Source: Candidatus Binatia bacterium
GTDB lineage: Bacteria; Desulfobacterota; Binatia; HRBIN30
Reading direction: 5' to 3'
DNA length: 64,000 bases
Assembly: GCA_038245295.1 (NCBI GenBank)
Contig: JBBRSP010000003.1
Span: 1 to 64,000 of the forward strand
The notes beneath the pieces were generated by a model. That model was not told the DNA's origin. It was given only the letters and a program-made list of their open reading frames with translations, and did no database searches. Of the stretch, positions 46,037 through 56,282 are shown one piece after another (positions within the stretch are counted from its first letter, which is position 1; every line of letters starts with the position of its first letter). Both the position numbers and the translations under genes were made by a program.

Positions 46037-46549
46037 ATGGATGTAACGGTTACGTTTCGCCACGTGAGTCCTTCTGTAGTCTTGCGACGTTATGCCGAGT
46101 CGAAGGTCGCACGCCTCGATCGGTTCATTCACAAGCCGGTCCAGGCGCATGTCATCTTGTGCGTCGAGAAGCAGCGCCACACGGCGGAGATCCAGATTTC
46201 CGGACACCAGTTGCATGTGACGGCAAAGAACATCACCGCCGATCTTTATGCAGCGATCGATGGATCCATCGACAAGGTGGAGCAGCAGCTGCGCAAACAC
46301 GTCACCAAACACCGTCGCGGTAAGGGCGAGATCAGTACCGCGCATGCGCTCGATGAAGCCCCAGCCAAGGTGCCGGCGTTGCGACCGCGCAAGACGGTGG
46401 TGCGAGCCATGGCAGTGGACGAAGCGCGCACGACACTCGAGACGACCGAGGTCAGCTTCGTGCTGTTCCGCAACACGGCCAACGACAGTGTCTACCTGAT
46501 GTACCGCCGCACCGACGGCCAACTCGCGTTGCTGGCGCCCGAACTATAG
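46037..46549 (+). CDS. hpf: Ribosome hibernation promoting factor (long form)
   Basis: VTFRH, DLYAAID..DKVEQQL, C-terminal MAVDEA..YRRTDG; position after rpoN. Confidence 0.9.
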   Translation: MDVTVTFRHVSPSVVLRRYAESKVARLDRFIHKPVQAHVILCVEKQRHTAEIQISGHQLHVTAKNITADLYAAIDGSIDKVEQQLRKHVTKHRRGKGEISTAHALDEAPAKVPALRPRKTVVRAMAVDEARTTLETTEVSFVLFRNTANDSVYLMYRRTDGQLALLAPEL

Positions 46550-46561
46550 AGAGACTCGACC

Positions 46562-47023
46562 ATGCGCATCGTCGACATTCTTCGCGAAGACGCCGTCATC
46601 GCCGAGCTCAGCGGCCGCACCAAAGATGCGGTCTTGCGTGAGTTCGCCGATCACATCGCCAGCATCTATTCCGAGATCGATGCGGCTCGCCTGCTCGAAG
46701 TGTTGTGGGAACGCGAAAGGCTTGGCAGCACGGCGATCGGTGATGGCATCGCGATTCCGCACGGCAAGCTGAGCAGCGTCACCGGGGTCGTCGCCGCCTT
46801 CGGCCGGCATCGGGATGGGGTCGAGTTCGAATCACTCGACGGCAATCCGTCGCGGATCTTCTTCGTGCTCATCGCGCCGGCCGACTCGGTGGGCTTGCAT
46901 CTGAAGGCCCTGGCGCGCGTCTCGCGTTTGCTCAAGGAAGACTCCTTCCGTAAGGCTCTCCTGGTGGCGGGCGATCGCAGCGATCTGTACCGCATCATCC
47001 GCGAAGAAGACGAGAAGTACTGA
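46562..47023 (+). CDS. ptsN: PTS EIIA (Ntr/Fru type)
   Basis: RERLGSTAIGDGIAIPHGK, HLKALARVSR. Confidence 0.9.
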   Translation: MRIVDILREDAVIAELSGRTKDAVLREFADHIASIYSEIDAARLLEVLWERERLGSTAIGDGIAIPHGKLSSVTGVVAAFGRHRDGVEFESLDGNPSRIFFVLIAPADSVGLHLKALARVSRLLKEDSFRKALLVAGDRSDLYRIIREEDEKY

Positions 47024-47060
47024 GAGCCGCGCTCGAGCTGCTCGGCACGAGAAGACCGGT

Positions 47061-47339
47061 ATGTCGGAAGAGGCAACGACAAAGGTACTCACCATCAAGA
47101 ACCGCCTTGGCTTGCACGCGCGCGCCGCGGCGCAACTGGTGCAAACCGCCAACAAATTTCCGGCGGATATTACGGTGAGCAAGGACGGCCAGGCGGTCAG
47201 CGCCCGTAGTATCCTCGGCCTCATGATGCTCGCCGCCGGCATCGGCAGCACAATCGAAGTATCGATCACCGGCGAGCAGGCAGCCGAGGCGATGGCGGCT
47301 GTCGAACAGCTGATCGACGCCAAGTTCAACGAAGAGTAA
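47061..47339 (+). CDS. ptsH: HPr/NPr phosphocarrier
   Basis: GLHARAA (phospho-His), RSILGLMML (regulatory Ser). Confidence 0.92.
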   Translation: MSEEATTKVLTIKNRLGLHARAAAQLVQTANKFPADITVSKDGQAVSARSILGLMMLAAGIGSTIEVSITGEQAAEAMAAVEQLIDAKFNEE

Positions 47340-47360
47340 GGCAAGGTCCGCAAGCGGCCG

Positions 47361-48611
47361 CTACGACGGCCGGGGCACGCCAACCGGCACAACCGCGGAA
47401 TGGCGCCGCAGTAGCGAGTTGACGATTGCCGTCATCTGATCACAGAGCTCCTGGGCATGCTGCAGCTTCTGCGCCGACTCCTGGCGCATTCCCGTGTCGG
47501 TGAGGCCAATCAGCTCGAGATATCCGGCCGCCGCGGCGAGCGGGTTCTTCAAGTCATGGGCGACCGTCCGGGCATACGCATCGAGCTCGCGGATGAGCCG
47601 TACACGTTCGGTGACGTCGTGTAGGACGATGAGCTGACCGACCGACCGTTGCCTGTCATCACGAATGAGCGAACAGCGCACGTCGACGACCATCGTGTCG
47701 TGGGCCACTTCGCTCGTACTGCCGTCGGCGGCTTCAATGGTGCCTTGCACTCGTTCCCAAAAGGGCAGGAGTGCGGCGACGGGGTCGCCCGGCTGGCCGT
47801 TGCGGTGGATGAGATTTCGCGCCGCGGGATTGAGGTCGAGAAGACGATACTCGTCATCGATCACGATGACGCCGTCGCGATGTTGTTGGAACAACAAGCT
47901 GCGCACGGTCGGCATCACGTCGAGCAGGCGATCATGCAGGGTGACCCACGCTACCGTGACCATCGCGACGAGCAGGGCCACCGGCGTGAGGTCGATGCCG
48001 CGCGTGAGCTGCGTCAGGACCATCGCGTTGACGATGAGCGGCGTCGCCAGGCCGAGGCTCAGCACCACGATGCGGCGAATGTAGAACGTCTGCGATCCGG
48101 ATGTGTGGGCGAAGAGGGCGCCGAGAGCGCCGACGATCAGGCCGTAGGTCAGCGGCAGTTGCAGCCAGTAGAACCCTGGACCAAGCACCATGACGGGGAC
48201 GCGGGCGAAGCCGAGATCAACCCAATCGGAGGGGAGCCAGATGAGTTGGTGATAGGGGTTCGTGACAATCAGCAACAGGTTGACGGTCAACGCCGCCGTT
48301 ACGGGAAAACGGGCGATGCGCCACCACGCCGTGCGCCGCGCGTAGCGACAGGCGAAACGAAAGAAGCAGTAGGTTGCGCCAAGGATGGCCGGGGATGCGG
48401 CGCGCCGCAGCAGATCCTGCAGTGGTGGGTCGTTGATCAGGTAGGACAGCGCGTCTTCCAGGATCCACACGGCACAGCCGACAAGGCAGGCACTCATCCA
48501 TACCGCCGCGGGTTGCCGTCGCTGCCGCCAGAAGTAGATCGCCAGCGCCAGCGCCACAGCGGTGGTGGCGAGTAGGCCGTAAGGCAAGATCCAGGTCGGG
48601 TCGCGCGTCAC
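47361..48611 (-). CDS. HisKA_7TM + PAS + DHp protein lacking the ATPase (CA) domain
   Basis: 7TM region (TNPYHQLIW, DLTP), PAS (DGVIVID..LNPAA), H-box VAHDLKNPL; ends shortly after DHp helix 2. Confidence 0.88.
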   Translation of the reverse strand: MTRDPTWILPYGLLATTAVALALAIYFWRQRRQPAAVWMSACLVGCAVWILEDALSYLINDPPLQDLLRRAASPAILGATYCFFRFACRYARRTAWWRIARFPVTAALTVNLLLIVTNPYHQLIWLPSDWVDLGFARVPVMVLGPGFYWLQLPLTYGLIVGALGALFAHTSGSQTFYIRRIVVLSLGLATPLIVNAMVLTQLTRGIDLTPVALLVAMVTVAWVTLHDRLLDVMPTVRSLLFQQHRDGVIVIDDEYRLLDLNPAARNLIHRNGQPGDPVAALLPFWERVQGTIEAADGSTSEVAHDTMVVDVRCSLIRDDRQRSVGQLIVLHDVTERVRLIRELDAYARTVAHDLKNPLAAAAGYLELIGLTDTGMRQESAQKLQHAQELCDQMTAIVNSLLRRHSAVVPVGVPRPS

Positions 48612-48720
48612 GGTTGTGAGTTATTCTGCCGTCGAGCCGGAAGTGCAAGCGTTGTCGACAACAAGACCCGGGGGCACGGAAGATTGCGTAGGACATCCTA
48701 CAACCGGTAAGCAGGGCGGC

Positions 48721-50436
48721 GTGTCGGCTTCGACCATTTACGAGACGGTGCCGTGGATTCTAGGCGTCGCAACCGTCGGCGCGCTGTTGCTCGGCGGGTA
48801 TGCATGGACCCAGCGGCAACAGCCTGGCGCCCGTTGGCTGGCGTTGATGCTGTTGATCGCCGCCCTGTGGGCGGCATGTGACCTCGTCAGCTTCGTTGCC
48901 GAGATGCCGACACTCGAAGGCATGCTCAAGCGTTTCACGTGGTGGCTGATTCTCGGCGGCGGGTACACATTTTTGCGTTTCGCCGGCGTTCACGCGCGTC
49001 ACGAAGCCTGGTGGGAGCGCGTGCGTCTGCCGGTACACGCGCTGATTGCCGTCAACCTGTTGCTGATGCTCACCAATGGGCAGCACAATCTCATGTGGGC
49101 CAGCGAAAAGATCGTCGACCTCGGCTTTGCGCGGCTGCCATGGCTCGAGCCGGGGCCCGCCTTCTTCTGGATCTTTCGCCCGCTGGCCGCGGGCCAGCCC
49201 CTGGCTGGAGTCGTCGTCCTGCTGATCAGCGCCTTCGGCTCCCCGGGAATCTACATCCGGCAGATCGTTACGCTAGCGATCGGTGCGGCGATTCCGGTGG
49301 TGGTCAATGTGCTGTTCGTGTCGACCTCGGCGCCCGAGCTCGACACGACTCCGGTAACCGTGGTGATCGTCGTAACTGCCTTTGCTCTATCCACCTTCCG
49401 GTTCGGCCTTCTCGACGTGATGCCGGTGGCGCGTGGAATGCTTCTCGACCAGCTCGAGGACGGGGTGATCGTCCTCGACGCGCAATGCCGTGTCGTGGAT
49501 CTCAACCCGGCGGCGCAACGTCTGCTCGGCGGCGCGGGCTTCACGCCAGGTTCACCGGTCGAGCAGCTCGTACCGTTCTGGAACGAAGTACGTGAGGGGC
49601 TCGAGAACGGTGACCAGCCAACCGTCGAAACGGCCCTCGGCGGCGAGAGCGGGAGGTTCATCGAGTTGCGTGCGTCGCGCCTCGGCGGTGAGGATGGCGG
49701 CGCAACGGGACGCGTCCTCGTGTTGCACGATGTCAGTGCGCGTGCCCGCTTGATTCGCGAGCTCGACACCTATGCGCAAACCGTGGCGCGCGATCTAAAA
49801 GCGCCGCTGCAGTCGGTGATCCAGTCGCTCGACGAATTCGCCGGGAGCGAGGTGTGCGGCGCCGACGCCACCAAATATTTGCAGGGTGCCGACCGCGTTT
49901 GCCGCCAGATGACCGGTACGATCGACGCGTTGTTGTTGTTCGCGCAGTTGCGGTCGACGGACGAAGTGCAGCTCGAGGTCGTCGACATGGCCAAGGTCGT
50001 CGAGGCGGCGCTGCATCGCTTGTCCAGTGCCATCGCTGGCGCCGGCGCTGAAATCGTCGTGCCCGAGAGGTGGCCGGTGGTGCCCAGCCGACCGCTGTGG
50101 GTCGAGGAGATATGGACGAACTACCTTTCAAACGCGATCAAATACGGCGGTCGCCCACCGCACATCGAGATCGGCGTATCGACCGAGCAAGCCGAGGTGG
50201 TGCGCTACTGGGTGCGTGATGACGGAGCCGGTCTGAATGAGCAGCAACGCGCTCAGCTGTTCCGCGAGTTCACCCGCCTTGACCCGGGCCGCAGCGAAGG
50301 CCACGGGCTCGGCCTGTCGATCACGCGGCGCATCGTCGAGAAACTCGGCGGCGAGGTCGGCTGCGAAAGTTACCCGGGGCGCGGCAGTACGTTCTGGTTC
50401 ACTCTACCCATGGGAGGCTTGGGAGGAATGGGATGA
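48721..50436 (+). CDS. HisKA_7TM + PAS + DHp + HATPase kinase with H-box His replaced by Arg
   Basis: H-box reads VARDLKAPL; N (NYLSNAIKY), G1 (DDGAG), F and G2 (GHGLGL) boxes are intact. Start GTG 48721 is inferred. Confidence 0.9.
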   Translation: MSASTIYETVPWILGVATVGALLLGGYAWTQRQQPGARWLALMLLIAALWAACDLVSFVAEMPTLEGMLKRFTWWLILGGGYTFLRFAGVHARHEAWWERVRLPVHALIAVNLLLMLTNGQHNLMWASEKIVDLGFARLPWLEPGPAFFWIFRPLAAGQPLAGVVVLLISAFGSPGIYIRQIVTLAIGAAIPVVVNVLFVSTSAPELDTTPVTVVIVVTAFALSTFRFGLLDVMPVARGMLLDQLEDGVIVLDAQCRVVDLNPAAQRLLGGAGFTPGSPVEQLVPFWNEVREGLENGDQPTVETALGGESGRFIELRASRLGGEDGGATGRVLVLHDVSARARLIRELDTYAQTVARDLKAPLQSVIQSLDEFAGSEVCGADATKYLQGADRVCRQMTGTIDALLLFAQLRSTDEVQLEVVDMAKVVEAALHRLSSAIAGAGAEIVVPERWPVVPSRPLWVEEIWTNYLSNAIKYGGRPPHIEIGVSTEQAEVVRYWVRDDGAGLNEQQRAQLFREFTRLDPGRSEGHGLGLSITRRIVEKLGGEVGCESYPGRGSTFWFTLPMGGLGGMG

Positions 50437-50518
50437 ATCGGCAGGGTTGCCTGTTTCCCGCCACATTTGTGTGCTGGGGGGGCCGCCGGCCGGTTCCCGA
50501 ACCGCCTCTACGATCCGA

Positions 50519-51070
50519 CTACACGGATGCGGGCAGCGGAAACCGGCGCGCCGCTTCGTACAACACGATGGCGGCGGCGGTGGTGATGTTGATTGAACCG
50601 CCGACGCCATCGGTGGGGATCTCGATGCACTGATCGGCGAGATCGATGACCGCTTCGGAGACGCCGTCGCGCTCGGCGCCCAGAACCAGGCACACAGGCG
50701 CGTTGCTGTTCAATTCGTGCGGCGGGATGCTGCCGTCGGTGAGCTCCACGGCGGCGATCGAGTAGCCGGCTTCTTTGCTCCGGCGTACGATGGTCAGGGC
50801 GTCGACGCCCGACTCCCACGGCACCCAGGCGATGGTTCCGGTCGAGGCTTTCACGAGCTTGTGTTTGCTCGTGACGAGATCGAAACCGCAGATGTAGAGG
50901 CGCTCGACGCGGAACGCATCACACAGGCGGAACATGGTGCCGATATTCGGTAGATGAGTGACACCGTCGAGGACGACACGAATCGGCCGCCGCGGCAAGG
51001 TCGGGAAGATGTGCCGGTCGGGGCGCGCTGGGCGCGAGGTTGGGGGAGTGGTGCCGCCGATGCGCCGCAT
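50519..51070 (-). CDS. TrmH/SpoU-family RNA methyltransferase
   Basis: VLDGV..PNIGTMFRLCDAF, LVLGAERDG, IEIP..GSINI..AA. Confidence 0.88.
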   Translation of the reverse strand: MRRIGGTTPPTSRPARPDRHIFPTLPRRPIRVVLDGVTHLPNIGTMFRLCDAFRVERLYICGFDLVTSKHKLVKASTGTIAWVPWESGVDALTIVRRSKEAGYSIAAVELTDGSIPPHELNSNAPVCLVLGAERDGVSEAVIDLADQCIEIPTDGVGGSINITTAAAIVLYEAARRFPLPASV

Positions 51071-51147
51071 CAGGGAGCTCCGGCCAGCGAGTCGCCCCGG
51101 TATGGCGGCACCCAACCGAGGCGGAAGGCGAGCGCCCCCACGCGCGG

Positions 51148-52320
51148 CTACGACGCCACTTCCGCCGCCGGAGCGCGCCAGCGTGGGTTCTTGGACGACA
51201 TGTCGACGGCGTAGAACGAATCCCGGCGCGCCATCTCCGGGCCGTATTGGGTGCGCAGATAACGGGCGATCCACTTTTCGATCTTCAGAACGACAAGCTT
51301 GCGGCGCAGTCGCCCCTGCGTGTCGCGGTTGAGGATCGTTGGTAGGGTGTTCAAGGTGAGAATCTCGTCGATCGCCGGCACGGCCATGTTCTCGCGGCCT
51401 TCCTCGCTCGAGTAGAAGTGGCTGACACAGAACAACACGCGGCGCGGATGACCTTGGCGCAACGCCTGACAGGCCTTCACGATCGTCGAGCCGGTACGCA
51501 CCATATCGTCGAACACAACGACGTCTTTGCCTTTGAGGTCGCTGAGCGACACGGGCGAGTCGGCGGCGACCTGGATTTCGACCTGACGCTCGCCCGTTCG
51601 CTCCTTCGACAGCTTGCAAACCCCGGCGGCCGGCAAGGCCAACCGGGCATACATCTGTTCGACGAATTCCACGGCACCCTTGTCCGGCGCACACAAAACG
51701 AGGTTGGCGCCCTGTTTGCCGCATTCAACCACGTCGGAGTTCAACAGGTAGTGCGCATACACCTCGGCGGGAACGAGATTTTCGAAGCTGCCATCGAAGG
51801 TGCTGCGGAAGACGTCCTGCACGGAGCGCGAATGATTATGCACGGTGACCACAGCATCGACGCCGGCCGCCTTCAAGAGCTGCGCGTAGAGCAGGGCGCT
51901 GAACGGTTGACCGTCGAACTTCTTGAAGTCGGCGCTGTCGCGGACGTGGCTTGTCTTGCCCTGATGCGTCTGTGGGCCGCGATCCTGAGCCGAGTAGAAT
52001 AGGTCGGGCTCGACCAAGACCACTTTGGTAGCACCATTGTCCTTGGCGGCACGGGCAATCAAGAAGTTGCGCGTCGCCAGCGATTGGCGCCGATGATTGT
52101 CGCTGTCGACCGAGACGATGATGACCGTTGCGCCGGTCAGGCTGCCGCCGACATTGGTGCGATCGTGCTCGTCCGAGATGAAGCGCGGACAGAACTCGCC
52201 GTTGGCGAAGCTCTTGAGCGAGATGATGTCGGAGAGGTCGGCTGCCTGCCCGAACGAGTGGCCAACATCGATTGCGAAGGGATCCTCGGAGACGTTGCCG
52301 ACGATGATGACTCGACTCAT
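51148..52320 (-). CDS. Ribose-phosphate pyrophosphokinase-like protein (divergent)
   Basis: [29 protein letters not shown] (PRPP-binding loop). Confidence 0.8.
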   Translation of the reverse strand: MSRVIIVGNVSEDPFAIDVGHSFGQAADLSDIISLKSFANGEFCPRFISDEHDRTNVGGSLTGATVIIVSVDSDNHRRQSLATRNFLIARAAKDNGATKVVLVEPDLFYSAQDRGPQTHQGKTSHVRDSADFKKFDGQPFSALLYAQLLKAAGVDAVVTVHNHSRSVQDVFRSTFDGSFENLVPAEVYAHYLLNSDVVECGKQGANLVLCAPDKGAVEFVEQMYARLALPAAGVCKLSKERTGERQVEIQVAADSPVSLSDLKGKDVVVFDDMVRTGSTIVKACQALRQGHPRRVLFCVSHFYSSEEGRENMAVPAIDEILTLNTLPTILNRDTQGRLRRKLVVLKIEKWIARYLRTQYGPEMARRDSFYAVDMSSKNPRWRAPAAEVAS

Positions 52321-52484
52321 GGCGCGGTAGTAGCCAAGCCAGGGGCTTCCTCAAGGTGCGGGCGTCGCATTGCGTTCCAACGACCTTGACCGGGCTCGTG
52401 CCCGTGTATTATGAGCCAAGGAGCGGGACGCGAAGCGTTTCCCCACCAGTCGTTGACCGGCGGTGTCGCGGCGAAGGAGTTTTT

Positions 52485-53699
52485 ATGGCTTTGAAAGATT
52501 ACTTGTTTACCTCGGAGTCCGTCTCCGAAGGTCATCCGGACAAGATGTGCGACCAGATCTCGGACGCCATCCTTGATGCTCTGCTCGAGCAGGACCCGAC
52601 GAGCCGCGTCGCCTGCGAGAGCCTGGCCAAGACCGGCATGGTTGTTGTCGCCGGTGAGATCACCACCAATGCCAAGATCGACTACGCCCAAATCGTTCGC
52701 AAAGCCGTGCGCGACATCGGTTACACCTCGTCCGACATGGGCTTTGATGCGGATACCTGCGCCGTCCTGACCGCCGTGGATCGACAGTCGCCGGACATCT
52801 CGCAGGGTGTTACCGAAGGGGAGGGGCTGCACGCCGAACAGGGCGCCGGCGACCAGGGTCTGATGTTTGGCTTTGCCTGCGACGATACGCCGGAGCTCAT
52901 GCCGATGCCCATCATGATGGCGCATCAGCTGGTCAAGCACCTGGCCGACATCCGCAAGTCCGGCAAGTACGACTACCTGCGGCCCGACGCCAAGTCGCAA
53001 GTTACGGTAGAATACCGCGACGGCCGCCCGGCGCGTGTCGATGCGGTTGTCGTGTCGAGCCAGCACAGCCCGAGCGTCGAGCACAAGACGCTCGAAGCGA
53101 TGATCATCGAAGAAGTGATCCGCAAAGTCCTGCCCGCCGAATACATCGACAAGAATACCAAGTTTCACGTCAATCCGACCGGACGTTTCGTCGTTGGTGG
53201 CCCGATGGGTGACTGTGGTCTGACCGGCCGCAAGATCATTGTCGACACCTACGGCGGTTACGGCCGCCATGGTGGCGGCGCCTTCTCCGGCAAGGATCCG
53301 ACAAAGGTCGATCGCAGTGCCGCCTACATGGCGCGCTACATCGCCAAGAACATCGTTGCCGCCGGCTTGGCGAGCAAATGTGAAGTGCAGCTCGCCTACG
53401 CCATCGGCGTCGCCGAGCCGTTGTCGGTTCTGGTCGACTCCTTCGGCACCGGAACGGTGTCGGATACCAAGCTTGCCGAGTTGGTGCGTCAGCACTTCGA
53501 GATGAAGCCTGCCGGCATCATCAAGACTCTCGACCTGCGGCGTCCGATCTACCAGCCCACCGCGGCCTACGGCCACTTCGGCCGCACCCCGGAAGGTAAG
53601 CTGTTCAGCTGGGAACGCGACGACAAGGCGGAAGCATTGCGCAAGGCCGTCGGCGAGACCGCGGCACCGAAGCGCGTCGCCGCCGCGGCGGCAATGTAG
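52485..53699 (+). CDS. metK: S-adenosylmethionine synthetase
   Basis: [43 protein letters not shown]. Confidence 0.97.
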   Translation: MALKDYLFTSESVSEGHPDKMCDQISDAILDALLEQDPTSRVACESLAKTGMVVVAGEITTNAKIDYAQIVRKAVRDIGYTSSDMGFDADTCAVLTAVDRQSPDISQGVTEGEGLHAEQGAGDQGLMFGFACDDTPELMPMPIMMAHQLVKHLADIRKSGKYDYLRPDAKSQVTVEYRDGRPARVDAVVVSSQHSPSVEHKTLEAMIIEEVIRKVLPAEYIDKNTKFHVNPTGRFVVGGPMGDCGLTGRKIIVDTYGGYGRHGGGAFSGKDPTKVDRSAAYMARYIAKNIVAAGLASKCEVQLAYAIGVAEPLSVLVDSFGTGTVSDTKLAELVRQHFEMKPAGIIKTLDLRRPIYQPTAAYGHFGRTPEGKLFSWERDDKAEALRKAVGETAAPKRVAAAAAM

Positions 53700-53803
53700 G
53701 GCACACCCGTCGATTTGAACTTGAACGCCAACGAGAGCGTCCCACCCATGTGGGGCGCTCTCGTCATTTGTACCCTCGAGAATCAAAACGCGAGGTAGCT
53801 GGT

Positions 53804-55219
53804 TTGACTTCGTTCTCATCCATGTCTGCCCGTGAGCGGGCGCTCGGCCTTCTCGACCCGGGAAGTTTTGCGGTGATCGGTGAAGCTGGCGAAGCCTCGC
53901 CCTTGCTGACGGTTGGTGGCTTGATCGCCGGAGTACCGGTGACGTTGGCGCTGCTGGACGGGCACAAACATGGCGGCACGATCGGGCTCGACGAAGCGAC
54001 ACGGTTCGTCGAGGCGGCGGAGGCGATGAGCGCGGCGGCGGCCGCGTCGCGCGTGTTGATCCTCGGCTTCGACACCGGTGGCGTGCGTGTCGAAGAAGGT
54101 CCGCGAGCCTTGGCCGCGGCATCGGCCGCGGGAGTCGCCCTGGCGCGACTTTCGGTTCAAGGGATTCCACTGGTGTCGATCATCAGCGGCCCGCGTGGCT
54201 GTTTTGGCGCGCCGGCCGTGATGGCGGCGCTCCCCGAGCTGGTCATCATGACCGGTGATGCGAACTGGGGCATGACGGGGCCCCGGCTTTTTGGGGGCGA
54301 AGCCGGTGCGCCGCTCGCCGACGAGGCCAAGGCGGCGACCTCGGCGGCGAGTCGCCTGCGCAACGGTGATGCCCACGTGATTGTCGACGATTCGGCGGTG
54401 ACGATCCGCCGGCGGCTGAGTGAATTTGTCGACCGGCTGACCCAGCCACGGCCGCATCGGAGCCCGAAGGAATACATTGTCGCGAGTGCGTTGGCGACGA
54501 CGGCGATGCGCTCACGGCTGCGCGAGTATCATTTGCAACGACAGGAGCCGGTTGTTTCTCCGTCGCGCCGCAAACCGCGCGACATGCTGCGTTATTCGTT
54601 TCGTGGGCTGTGGGATCCGTCCGGTACGGTTCAGCGCGCCGGGTTGATTCATGCAGCGCTCGGGACCTTGGGCGGTCAGCGAGCCCTGGGATTGGTCATC
54701 GGTAGCGAGGCATCGGCGACCAAAGGGATCGGCATCGAAGAGGCGGCGGTTGTTACCGACATGTTGCGGCTGGCGGTCACGGAGAGCTCCGAACGCGCCG
54801 CCGTTCTGACGTTTCTATTTTGTCAGGGGCACGCCTTCGATGTCGATCAGGAACGTTTCGGTTTGCACCGCGCGCTTGCCGAGTGCCTGCGGGCACACAC
54901 GGCAGCTCGTGTGCTCGGCTATCCGAGTGTCGCCGTGCTCGGCGGCGGAACCTATGGCGCCGCATACCTGGCGTTGGCGGCGCCCAGCCATCGGATTCTG
55001 GCCATGCGTGGTACGTCGATTGCGCCCATGGCACCGCAGGTGTTGCGCGCTTTCCAGTCGCTGCGAGGCGCCAAGTCGGGCCACGAAGCGGGTAATCAAC
55101 TCGCCGAGCTGATCCCGGAGATACGCATCGTCGAAAGTGTCATCCGTCTGCCGCGCGTGCTGCGCGAGGAGCTCGAGGGTTTGCTGCGAACGGTGCAGGC
55201 CGACAACGCAGCGGCGTGA
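53804..55219 (+). CDS. Fused malonate decarboxylase beta/gamma-like (MdcD-MdcE) carboxyltransferase
   Basis: N-half SARERA..LLDPGSF, DTGGVRVEE, GCFG, GMTGP; C-half QGH..ERFGLHRALA..AR..GYP, GAAYLA. Start TTG 53804 or ATG 53822. Confidence 0.75.
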   Translation: MTSFSSMSARERALGLLDPGSFAVIGEAGEASPLLTVGGLIAGVPVTLALLDGHKHGGTIGLDEATRFVEAAEAMSAAAAASRVLILGFDTGGVRVEEGPRALAAASAAGVALARLSVQGIPLVSIISGPRGCFGAPAVMAALPELVIMTGDANWGMTGPRLFGGEAGAPLADEAKAATSAASRLRNGDAHVIVDDSAVTIRRRLSEFVDRLTQPRPHRSPKEYIVASALATTAMRSRLREYHLQRQEPVVSPSRRKPRDMLRYSFRGLWDPSGTVQRAGLIHAALGTLGGQRALGLVIGSEASATKGIGIEEAAVVTDMLRLAVTESSERAAVLTFLFCQGHAFDVDQERFGLHRALAECLRAHTAARVLGYPSVAVLGGGTYGAAYLALAAPSHRILAMRGTSIAPMAPQVLRAFQSLRGAKSGHEAGNQLAELIPEIRIVESVIRLPRVLREELEGLLRTVQADNAAA

Positions 55220-55277
55220 ACGCGGACAACGGTGTTGGGGTGTGACGCGTTCCCTAACCCCGTGTCCCATGGTGCTG

Positions 55278-56126
55278 TCATGGTGCCAATTCCGTGGCGA
55301 CGCGACCGGCGCCCGGGCGTATCGGAGTGCTGCCGTCCGGCAGCACCCATTGCGACGGCTGGCGGCGGAACGGCTGCGTCAAAATTGACAGAAGGCTGAG
55401 TTGGTTCGGCTCGCGATAGGCTGGTACGCCGATATCAATCTCTTGTTGCGGCACGTCGAGGCGTAGGGTGCCGTGTATCCGGTCCCACAACGTCAAGCCG
55501 CTTGACCAGTTGGAATCAGTTTCGTCGCGAATGATCGAGTGATGGATTCCGTGCAGGCGCGGCGTCACGATCAGCCAGCTGAGGCGGCGCTCGATCGCAA
55601 CGGGCAGGCATATGTTCGAATGGTGGAAGACGATTTCCAGAAAGAGCATGGTCTGCCACAGCGCCAGTGTGCTTGGCCCGATGCCGATCAAAGCAATCTG
55701 CGCCGCGCGCCACGGCACGGAGAGCACGTGTTCGCCGAAATGAAAACGGATGGCGGTCGACGCATCCATGTCGCGGTCGAGGTGATGGACGACATGAAAG
55801 CGCCATAGGAATGCGGCACGGTGATTGAGGCGGTGCCAAAGGTACAGGCTGTAGTCCATGAGCAGAAGGCCAACCGGCACGGCGAGTATGGGCGGCAGAC
55901 CGAGCCAACCAATCAACCCCGATCGGTGATCGGCTACCGCAACCGACAGCGGGTAGACGAGCGGTAGCTCGCAAAGCTGCACGGTGAGTGCGCCTAACCA
56001 ACCAAGCGCGACGTTGCGGCCGCTGCGAAGCCAGACCGACTCAAGGCGTTGCCGGAGCGGCCAACGCCACTCGGCCCAGACGATCAGTGCCGCGGCGAGG
56101 CCAATCAGTGGAAAACTCGCAGACAT
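55278..56126 (-). CDS. Sterol desaturase / fatty acid hydroxylase family protein
   Basis: His boxes WHRLNH, FHVVHH, FHHSN, HGIHH. Confidence 0.9.
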   Translation of the reverse strand: MSASFPLIGLAAALIVWAEWRWPLRQRLESVWLRSGRNVALGWLGALTVQLCELPLVYPLSVAVADHRSGLIGWLGLPPILAVPVGLLLMDYSLYLWHRLNHRAAFLWRFHVVHHLDRDMDASTAIRFHFGEHVLSVPWRAAQIALIGIGPSTLALWQTMLFLEIVFHHSNICLPVAIERRLSWLIVTPRLHGIHHSIIRDETDSNWSSGLTLWDRIHGTLRLDVPQQEIDIGVPAYREPNQLSLLSILTQPFRRQPSQWVLPDGSTPIRPGAGRVATELAP

Positions 56127-56282
56127 GGCCTGCGCATATCACGTGGGAAGTATTTGGCCATTCAGTCGCCTGCCTTAACTCTGCCCCCTGCCTAAGCCTT
56201 GCCTAAGCCTGCGCCGCAGGCGCAACGAAGAATCGCGTTGACAACTGGGATGTTAGGACGTTTCATGCCGCACAGAGGTTTC

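Noticed and set aside
52392..52480. Possible SAM/SAH riboswitch upstream of metK
   Set aside because: Could not match the conserved cores of SAM-I, SAM-II or SAH riboswitches by eye; an Rfam scan would be needed.
56238..56266. TTGACA-N17-TTTCAT sigma70-like promoter before the protease
   Set aside because: The -10 element is weak; plausible but not distinguishable from chance.
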